Assembly: GCA_963790305.1 (NCBI GenBank)
Contig: CAWBOC010000006.1
Location: 32,001-96,000, forward strand
From: an uncultured Gemmatimonadaceae bacterium
Lineage (GTDB): Bacteria; Gemmatimonadota; Gemmatimonadetes; Gemmatimonadales; Gemmatimonadaceae
Length of the DNA: 64,000 bases
Reading direction: 5' to 3'
The position numbers and the translations under genes are program-made. The notes beneath the pieces were generated by a model. It searched no databases. It was not told where the DNA came from and saw only the letters and a list, made by a program, of their open reading frames with translations. Positions 55,851 to 64,000 of this stretch are shown here, one piece after another. The number at the start of each line of letters is the position of its first letter. Position 1 is the first letter of the stretch.

Positions 55851-56596
55851 TCGACGCGCCCGCGGTGTGGGAGGCCGAAACGGGTGGGACGCTCGCCCGT
55901 CTCCTGGACCTCCCTCGGGTCGAGGTCCTCGCGTCGGTGCGCTCGACGATGGACGTCGCGCACGCGTTGGGCGAGGAAGCCGCGGCGCCGGGAACGCTCG
56001 TGCTTGCCGACGAGCAGACGGCTGGCCGTGGTCGGAGCGGAAAGCCGTGGCGCTCACGAGCCGGCGCAGGCATCTGGATGACGCTGCTGGAGCGGCCTAA
56101 CGATTCGGAGGCGCTGGGCGTGCTCTCGATCCGCCTTGGCCTCAAGGCGGCGCCGGTCCTTCAGCGGTACGCCGATGGGGCGGTGTGGCTCAAGTGGCCG
56201 AACGACGTGCTCGTCGACGGGAGGAAGCTCGCGGGCATCCTCGTCGAGACGCGCTGGCGCGAGGGGCAGGTCGACTGGGTCGCGATCGGCATCGGTATCA
56301 ACGTCGGCACGCCTGACGAGCCGAATGCGACCGCCCTGCGCGACGGGACGCGACGCCTCAATGTGCTCGCCGAGCTGGTGCCGGCGCTGCGGGCTGCGGC
56401 GCGCGCGCGCGGTCCGCTGTCCGAGAAAGAGCTGGAGCACTGGGCCTCCCTGGATGGCGCGGCGGGCCGGCGCTGTCGGTCACCGCTCGCCGGTGTCGTG
56501 CGCGGGCTCGCGTCCGATGGGTCACTTATCGTCGAGCGCGACGGTCAGACAGCGCTCGCACGTGCAGGATCGCTCGTGCTCGAGGAGGAGTCGTGA
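55847..56596 (+). CDS. birA: Biotin-[acetyl-CoA-carboxylase] ligase
   Basis: QTAGRGR, KWPND, KLAGILVE, GIGIN; no HTH. Confidence 0.93.
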   Translation: MIDAPAVWEAETGGTLARLLDLPRVEVLASVRSTMDVAHALGEEAAAPGTLVLADEQTAGRGRSGKPWRSRAGAGIWMTLLERPNDSEALGVLSIRLGLKAAPVLQRYADGAVWLKWPNDVLVDGRKLAGILVETRWREGQVDWVAIGIGINVGTPDEPNATALRDGTRRLNVLAELVPALRAAARARGPLSEKELEHWASLDGAAGRRCRSPLAGVVRGLASDGSLIVERDGQTALARAGSLVLEEES

Positions 56597-57417
56597 TCAT
56601 CGTGTTCGATGTCGGCAATACCGAGACGACCGTTGGCATCTTCGACGGCGAAGCGCTGCGTGCCCACTGGCGCATCACGACTGGTGTGGTCCGCACGGCG
56701 GATGAGTACGGGGTGCTCCTCACCGAGCTGGTACGATCGGCGGAGGTCACGGCGTCCTCACTTGGCGGGGCCTCGATCGGCTCGGTGGTACCGGGCGTGA
56801 CGGGCCCTCTCGCCGAGGCCTGCGAGCAATGGCTAGGTGCCCCGGTCACGCAGATCGACGCGCGCAGCAAGCTCCCGATTACGCTGGACGTCGAAGAGCC
56901 GTTGACCGTTGGCGCGGACCGCATCATCAACACGCTGGCCGCGAGCCGCATGTACCGGAGCGACTGCATCGTCGTGGACCTGGGGACGGCCACGACCTAC
57001 GACTGCATCACCGCCGATGGGGTCTTCCTCGGTGGCGTCATCGCCCCCGGGGTCACGACCTCGGCCGACACACTCGTCAGGCGAACGTCGAAGCTACCGG
57101 CGACGGAGCTCGTGCCTCCGGTGCGGACGATCGGCAGACGGACGGAAGAGTGCATCCGCGCGGGCGTGATGCTCGGCGCCGCCGAGTCGATCGATGGCCT
57201 CGTGAGGCGTATCAAGCGGGAGTGGCCCACGCGCGCGATGCCCAAGGTGGTCGCCACCGGCGGTCTGGCCCACGTGCTGGCGCCGCTCTGCACGGAGATC
57301 GATCTGGTCGAGCCGCACCTGACGCTTCACGGCCTCCGTATGGCCTTCGCGATTGTGAATGGAGGGGAAGCGGCGGGTCCCCAAAAAGGCCGCGTCCGCT
57401 CGCGAAAAAAGCGGTAA
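56593..57417 (+). CDS. coaX: Type III pantothenate kinase
   Basis: DVGNTET, GADR, VDLGTATT, GGVIAPG, ATGG. Confidence 0.95.
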   Translation: MIIVFDVGNTETTVGIFDGEALRAHWRITTGVVRTADEYGVLLTELVRSAEVTASSLGGASIGSVVPGVTGPLAEACEQWLGAPVTQIDARSKLPITLDVEEPLTVGADRIINTLAASRMYRSDCIVVDLGTATTYDCITADGVFLGGVIAPGVTTSADTLVRRTSKLPATELVPPVRTIGRRTEECIRAGVMLGAAESIDGLVRRIKREWPTRAMPKVVATGGLAHVLAPLCTEIDLVEPHLTLHGLRMAFAIVNGGEAAGPQKGRVRSRKKR

Positions 57418-57484
57418 AGGGCGCGCCTGTAAGTACTTGTGTCCCAAATATTTGCCGGCCGTCGTGCCGACGGCCCGGCGCCCC

Positions 57485-57513
57485 TTGACTCGCGCCCTGG
57501 GAAGGCGTAACTT
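57485..57513 (+). promoter_or_regulatory. Sigma70-type promoter of groESL
   Basis: TTGACT-17 nt-TAACTT immediately upstream of CIRCE. Confidence 0.7.
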
Positions 57514-57521
57514 CGGGGCTG

Positions 57522-57548
57522 TTAGCACTCCCATAGTCTGAGTGCCAA
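57522..57548 (+). promoter_or_regulatory. CIRCE element (HrcA operator)
   Basis: TTAGCACTC-N9-GAGTGCCAA, one mismatch to consensus. Confidence 0.93.
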
Positions 57549-57598
57549 CCCCCTATAATCCATTCACACTGAACCCTAGAATCGGAGGGGCGCAAGTC

Positions 57599-57898
57599 AT
57601 GGCCACCAAGAGCAGCGTTAAGGTCAACCCGTTGGCGGACCGAGTCGTCGTCAAGCCGCTCGAAGAGACGGAGCAGATGCGCGGCGGTCTCTACATCCCC
57701 GACACCGCCAAGGAAAAGCCTCAGCAGGGCGAAGTCATCGCTGCGGGGCCGGGCCGTTTCGAGAAGGACAAGCGTGTGCCGATGGAAGTGAAGGTCGGCG
57801 ACAAGATTCTCTACGGAAAGTACAGCGGCACCGAGGTCACCCTCGATGGCGACACGTATCTCATCCTGAGAGAGTCCGATATCCTCGCGATCGTCTGA
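57599..57898 (+). CDS. groES: Co-chaperonin GroES
   Basis: [41 protein letters not shown]. Confidence 0.98.
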   Translation: MATKSSVKVNPLADRVVVKPLEETEQMRGGLYIPDTAKEKPQQGEVIAAGPGRFEKDKRVPMEVKVGDKILYGKYSGTEVTLDGDTYLILRESDILAIV

Positions 57899-57914
57899 GA
57901 GGTCCTGGAACCGG

Positions 57915-59641
<1,727 letters not shown>

Positions 59642-59646
59642 GACGC

Positions 59647-59729
59647 AGATTGCGGATTGCGGAAGAAACCCCCGGGGCGCTGAGCTCCGGGGGTTTTCGT
59701 TGTAATCCGCAACCCGCAATCCGCAATCT
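59647..59729. terminator. Bidirectional terminator nested in inverted heptamer repeats
   Basis: AAACCCCCGG...CCGGGGGTTTT core flanked by AGATTGCGGATTGCGG / CCGCAATCCGCAATCT. Confidence 0.85.
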
Positions 59730-60537
59730 AGAGCTCCAGCCGCAGCTGCTCGACGCGCCCTCTCCGGACCTTGGGCTCGAATGGGCCAATCACCGCGTCC
59801 TGTGGCGCTGCGTGCACCGCGCCGGTGAACCGCGTTGGAGCGAGGCCCTTCCGGACCGCGCTGCGCGCCAACGCCGCGTCGTTGCATTGGTCGCTGAGGT
59901 GCGCCAGGACGACATGCGCCAGGGATGGGTGCGCCAGGTCGCGCGCGAGATTCGCCGCGGCGGTGTTGCTCAGATGCCCTCGGCGGCCAGCGATGCGGTC
60001 ACGCACCGTCGGCGGATACGGGCCCGTGCGCAGCATCCCTTCGTCATGGTTGGCCTCGAGCACGAGCACGTCGAGATCGCCGAGTGCGCGGCGCAGCGCT
60101 GCACCCGCATGCCCGAGATCGTAGACGATTCCCACGCGACCACCAATGTCGTCGGTGGCGACGATGGCCACCGGCTCCACTGCGTCGTGGGGGACCGCGA
60201 CGGACTGCAGCTCCATGCTCGAGAAGCGCAGCGTGGCACCCGCGTCGAAGGTGCGGACGTCAGCATCGCGCAACGTCGGATACGCGGCGACAGTGCCACA
60301 GGACGCATGCAGCGCCCAGCCCCACGCGCGCGCCGCGGCGCAGGCACCGCGCACGTGGTCATGGTGCTCGTGCGTCACTACCAGAGCTTCGATCGATTCG
60401 CACGGCACATCGACAGCGGCGAGCCGCTGTTCCAGCGCCTTGGCGTGGAATCCCGCGTCGACCAGCACCCGCGATCCCCGGTGCTCCAATAACACGGCGT
60501 TGCCGCGACTGCCGCTGCCTAACACCCAGACTCTCAT
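59728..60537 (-). CDS. MBL-fold metallo-hydrolase (YycJ/WalJ-like)
   Basis: LGSGSRGN, THEHHDH, PHDA, EANHD, GHLSN, AHLS. Confidence 0.92.
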   Translation of the reverse strand: MRVWVLGSGSRGNAVLLEHRGSRVLVDAGFHAKALEQRLAAVDVPCESIEALVVTHEHHDHVRGACAAARAWGWALHASCGTVAAYPTLRDADVRTFDAGATLRFSSMELQSVAVPHDAVEPVAIVATDDIGGRVGIVYDLGHAGAALRRALGDLDVLVLEANHDEGMLRTGPYPPTVRDRIAGRRGHLSNTAAANLARDLAHPSLAHVVLAHLSDQCNDAALARSAVRKGLAPTRFTGAVHAAPQDAVIGPFEPKVRRGRVEQLRLEL

Positions 60538-61736
60538 CCCAACTCCTGCTGCGCGCGCTCGAACGCTCGCTTCAGATGACGACGCCCGCGATCGCCGAGC
60601 GCGACATGGCGCCGCGCCATGGCGCGGCTCGCGACCTCGAGAAACTTATCGATCTGGTACGTGCTCCGGGATCGTCCATCGCCCCACGCGAACGGGGGAA
60701 CATACTTCGGCGGCGTGTCCGCACCAAAGATGTTCGCCCCAGCGCCGACGACGCTCCCCGTCGTCAGTCGCAAGCCGATGCCGGTTTTCACATGATCCCC
60801 GAACAGCGTGCCGAGCTTTTGTACCCCGGTGTCGCGCATTCCCGCCGGCGTCCACAGGGGAACGGTGCCGTACGTGTTCTTGAGATTGCTGGTGATGGTC
60901 CCGGCGCCAAGGTTCACCCAGCGGCCGAGGTACGAGTGACCGACGAACCCATCGTGGGACTTGTTGGAGTGACCAATGACGACCGTCTCGCTCAGCTCGC
61001 CATGGATGATGCTCGATTCGCCGATCGAGCACCCGTGGACACGCGAGCCGAGGATCGTCGACCCCCCGTCGACGACGCAGGGTCCCACCATGCGTGTGAA
61101 TGCGCGCACCGTTGCGCCGCGGCGGATCACAATCGGACCGGCGGTCACATCCAGCACCACGTAAGGCTCGACGGTTGCGCCCCGCTCCACGAACGCCGGG
61201 TGGCTCCCGATGACGGTGGCATGCGCCGGGGTTTCACATGTCAGCTCCGGCCCCAATAGCGCGACGTCTTCGCCGAGCTGGATAAGGAGATCCGTGACGA
61301 GCTGCCATACCTCGTCGACCCAGCGCCCACCCACCGTCGCCACGGAACCGCCGTCCCGCGCGAGCTCTTCGAGAGGAACCCGCCCATCGGCGAGCACCGA
61401 CAGGCGCACCTCCTGCGCAAGCTTCACCGCAGCGACTCGGCCGTCACACATCCAGACGTCCGCGTCGTGTCGCGCTGCCGTCAATGACACCGCGCATCGT
61501 GAATTCGCGATGATCGAGCCGGCGGGGAGGTCTCGCGCGATGGGTGGCCAGCCATGTTCGTCGAATTCCGCGTGCACGGGCGCGGTGATTGTGCCGACCG
61601 GCGGCGCTCCCCATGCGCGCGTCCATCGGTCGCGCGCGAGCAGAGCGCCAATGCGCATGGCGCTCATCGGGCGCGTAAGGGCGAACGGCTCGAACGCGCG
61701 AGCCCGCTCGTCGTCATAGAGGTAGAGTGCGCTCAT
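60534..61736 (-). CDS. GlmU-related putative sugar nucleotidyl/acyltransferase
   Basis: FEPFALTRP...RIG, hexapeptide repeats, SNKSHDGFVGHSYLGRWVNLGAGT, SNLKNTY, GDHVKTGI. Confidence 0.85.
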   Translation of the reverse strand: MSALYLYDDERARAFEPFALTRPMSAMRIGALLARDRWTRAWGAPPVGTITAPVHAEFDEHGWPPIARDLPAGSIIANSRCAVSLTAARHDADVWMCDGRVAAVKLAQEVRLSVLADGRVPLEELARDGGSVATVGGRWVDEVWQLVTDLLIQLGEDVALLGPELTCETPAHATVIGSHPAFVERGATVEPYVVLDVTAGPIVIRRGATVRAFTRMVGPCVVDGGSTILGSRVHGCSIGESSIIHGELSETVVIGHSNKSHDGFVGHSYLGRWVNLGAGTITSNLKNTYGTVPLWTPAGMRDTGVQKLGTLFGDHVKTGIGLRLTTGSVVGAGANIFGADTPPKYVPPFAWGDGRSRSTYQIDKFLEVASRAMARRHVALGDRGRRHLKRAFERAQQELG

Positions 61737-62767
61737 CGCGCCTCACGCACGTCTTGCGGCAGCCGCTCGAGGAGTGTCTTGAGATCGGCCGCGCGATCTC
61801 GCGTCGTCACCAGCGTGAGTCCCGGTCGCGTTACCACCACCAGATCGTGCACCCCGTAGAGCACGACTGTCCCCGAATCCGCATGAACGACGTTGTCGCG
61901 CGCCTCGACGGCGTGTACACGTCCAGCGACAGCATTGCTCGCGTCGTCGAGGGCGCGCACGCAATGCAAGGCGCCCCAGGTTCCTACGTCGTCCCACCCG
62001 AAGTCACCGGGCACGACGAGCACGCGCGCACTCCGCTCCATCACGGCGTAGTCGACGGCGATTGGCTTCACCGCAGTGAAGAACCGCTCGAGGTCCATCG
62101 CCGCAGCCGTCGATAACACATCGGCGATTTCGGGTGCGTGCGCCTTCACCTCGTCGAGGAAATCCTTCACCCGCCATACGAAGATCCCGGAATTCCAGAG
62201 GTATCCTTCGCGCACCATGCGCTCGGCGCTGTCGCGATCCGGTTTCTCGACGAACCGCGCAACGCGCAGCGCTCCGTCGACCGCTTCGCCAGGCTGGATG
62301 TAGCCAAGTCCCGGGTCGGGGCGCCGGGGAACGACCCCGACCGTGACGAGGGCCGCGTGCTGTTCGGCGACGCGTGCCGCCCGCTCCAGGGTCGCGCGAA
62401 AGACGTTCTCGTCGCCGATCGCCCAGTCGGCGTGCACACAGAGCATGACTGACGTGTCGGCATCGCGTCGCTGGATCTCGAGCGCTGCCCACGTGAGCGC
62501 CGGTGCGGTCCCCGCCGCGCGCGGCTCGGCGATGACGTTCTCGGCAGGGAGTGTGGGGAGCAACGACCGGACGGCGTCGGCCAGGCTTGCATTGGTGATG
62601 ACGAGGGTGCGCTCCGCGGGTACCGCCGGGGCGAGGCGCCGAACGGTGTTGACGAGAAGGGGCGCGTCATCGACCAGCGGAAGGAGCTGCTTTGGTCGCT
62701 GCGGCGTGGAGAGGGGCCAGAAGCGTGAGCCTACGCCTCCGGCGAGAATGACGGCCCATCGATTCAC
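61733..62767 (-). CDS. Mannose-1-phosphate guanylyltransferase
   Basis: ILAGGVGSRFWPLS...PKQ, FVEKP, WNSGIF, DYAVME, WDDVGTW. Confidence 0.93.
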   Translation of the reverse strand: MNRWAVILAGGVGSRFWPLSTPQRPKQLLPLVDDAPLLVNTVRRLAPAVPAERTLVITNASLADAVRSLLPTLPAENVIAEPRAAGTAPALTWAALEIQRRDADTSVMLCVHADWAIGDENVFRATLERAARVAEQHAALVTVGVVPRRPDPGLGYIQPGEAVDGALRVARFVEKPDRDSAERMVREGYLWNSGIFVWRVKDFLDEVKAHAPEIADVLSTAAAMDLERFFTAVKPIAVDYAVMERSARVLVVPGDFGWDDVGTWGALHCVRALDDASNAVAGRVHAVEARDNVVHADSGTVVLYGVHDLVVVTRPGLTLVTTRDRAADLKTLLERLPQDVREAR

Positions 62768-63195
62768 CGCTCGCTACCGCTGTTCTCCGCACCCACGCCG
62801 GCCAGCTCCGCGGCGCGCGCGTAGAGCTTCTTCGGACTGAATGGCTTGGTCATGAAGTCGCTCGCCCCCGACTCGACGGCGAGTCGATGCTGCTGTTCCT
62901 GGCCGGCTGCGGTGAGAATGATGCAGGGCAGCCGTTGCCACCGCGCGTCGCTGCGCATCGTTCGCAGGACATCGAGGCCGCTCATCACCGGCATCATGAG
63001 ATCGAGGAGCACGAGCGCGAAGTCCTCGTGCTTGGCCAGGGCGTCGAGCGCCTCACGGCCGTCGTAGGCGAGCGTGACGCGAAATGCGCCTTGCTCGAGC
63101 TTCATCTTGATGATCCGGCCAATGTGTGGCTCGTCATCAGCCACCAGGACGTGCAACTTTTCCATAACGTCAGGCGCGGTGGCGCCGCCGCTCAA
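62764..63195 (-). CDS. Single-domain response regulator (receiver)
   Basis: VADDE, LLDLMMP, ILTA, TKPF; start may be 63166. Confidence 0.92.
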   Translation of the reverse strand: MSGGATAPDVMEKLHVLVADDEPHIGRIIKMKLEQGAFRVTLAYDGREALDALAKHEDFALVLLDLMMPVMSGLDVLRTMRSDARWQRLPCIILTAAGQEQQHRLAVESGASDFMTKPFSPKKLYARAAELAGVGAENSGSER

Positions 63196-63548
63196 ACGAG
63201 CGACGAGATATGCTGCCGGTTCCGGCGCAGCTCGAACAACAGGGAACCGACGTTGGCGTCGGTTCGGGCCAGGACGAGCAATACGGCTTCGGACGACAGG
63301 ACCGAGACGATGGCGAGCCCTCGCGCATACTCGAGGATGACGGTGGTGACGTTCCCGTGCGTGCTGTCCCGGCCGAACTCATCGGCCGCGCTCACGATCG
63401 AGGGGACCAGCGCCGCTACGCTCTCGACATCGATGTTGGGCACCGACTGTCCGTCGATGACAAGGCCGTCGCGGCCGAGCACGATCGCGGCGTCGACGCC
63501 GTCCCGACCGCGCAGAGCGCCGACGAGGTCGCGGATGGTGGCCACCAC
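63192..63548 (-). CDS. Roadblock/LC7 (MglB-like) protein
   Basis: GVDAAIVLGRDGLVI, ILEY, NVGSLLFEL. Confidence 0.88.
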   Translation of the reverse strand: MVATIRDLVGALRGRDGVDAAIVLGRDGLVIDGQSVPNIDVESVAALVPSIVSAADEFGRDSTHGNVTTVILEYARGLAIVSVLSSEAVLLVLARTDANVGSLLFELRRNRQHISSLV

Positions 63549-63683
63549 TACGCTCCAGGTGAAGTGGTGGGAAGCATAACGTCGAGAGGGCCGAAGTCAA
63601 GCGATATGAATCACTTGAACTCATCGTGCACGCGCGGTATTCTACGCCTCCGCACCCACGTTTGCGCACACCCGGGCGTTCCC

Positions 63684-64000
63684 ATGACAGCGAGAGTGTT
63701 CGCGCTGGCGATCGCGTTGCTTGCGGTCGCCGCGTGTGAAGATGTTACTCGCAGCGTCGATCCGACCCTCGACGTTGTCGAAGACACGCTGGTCGTCTTC
63801 CCGCTGCGGGGGAGCCCGCTGAGCGCGCCGACCGCGCTGGATCTCTATAGCCTTCGCACCCTGCGCATTGGCGACGCGAACGCGCTGTACGACCTGGCGA
63901 TCGACACCGCGGCCGGGACGGCCGTGCTGTATCCGTCGCAGCTCGTCGACAATGAAGCACCCCGCACTGGCGTCATCGAGTCGGCGGCGACCTTTGAATC
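63684..64000 (+). CDS. Hypothetical lipoprotein (partial, runs off window)
   Basis: MTARVFALAIALLAVAAC lipobox; frame open to the window end; not in the ORF track. Confidence 0.7.
   Translation, partial: MTARVFALAIALLAVAACEDVTRSVDPTLDVVEDTLVVFPLRGSPLSAPTALDLYSLRTLRIGDANALYDLAIDTAAGTAVLYPSQLVDNEAPRTGVIESAATFE

Overview
GC-rich bacterial chromosomal window, mostly core genes. Gene content and order suggest Gemmatimonadota/FCB-group; this is an inference and no marker search was run. In order: GT4 glycosyltransferase, HPF, a complete HprK/mannose-family PTS cluster, metK-ahcY, a cobalamin riboswitch with btuFCD-btuB, recO-selB, a standalone T9SS-CTD/FlgD-like secreted protein, an Mla/Mce ABC system, clpB, tadA and two tRNA-Ser. 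A minus-strand accessory block follows (MetE-like enzyme coupled to a sensorless histidine kinase, four type IV minor pilins, a DUF4398/OmpA pair). Then come pyrRBC-aldolase-Zn-ribbon, rpsT, S2P-scpAB-rluB, an orphan Rossmann-fold protein, a moxR/Bat operon, mutL-miaA-bshA-UbiA(DGGGPS-like)-uppP-birA-coaX, CIRCE-groESL, and a roadblock-receiver-manC-glmU-like-MBL operon. Many genes carry single-base frameshifts that look like assembly indel errors. The best candidates for undescribed biology are the MetE-like/histidine kinase pair, a family of intergenic inverted 7/9-mer tandem-repeat hairpins, and the standalone sorting-domain protein. No CRISPR, integrase or transposase was seen.
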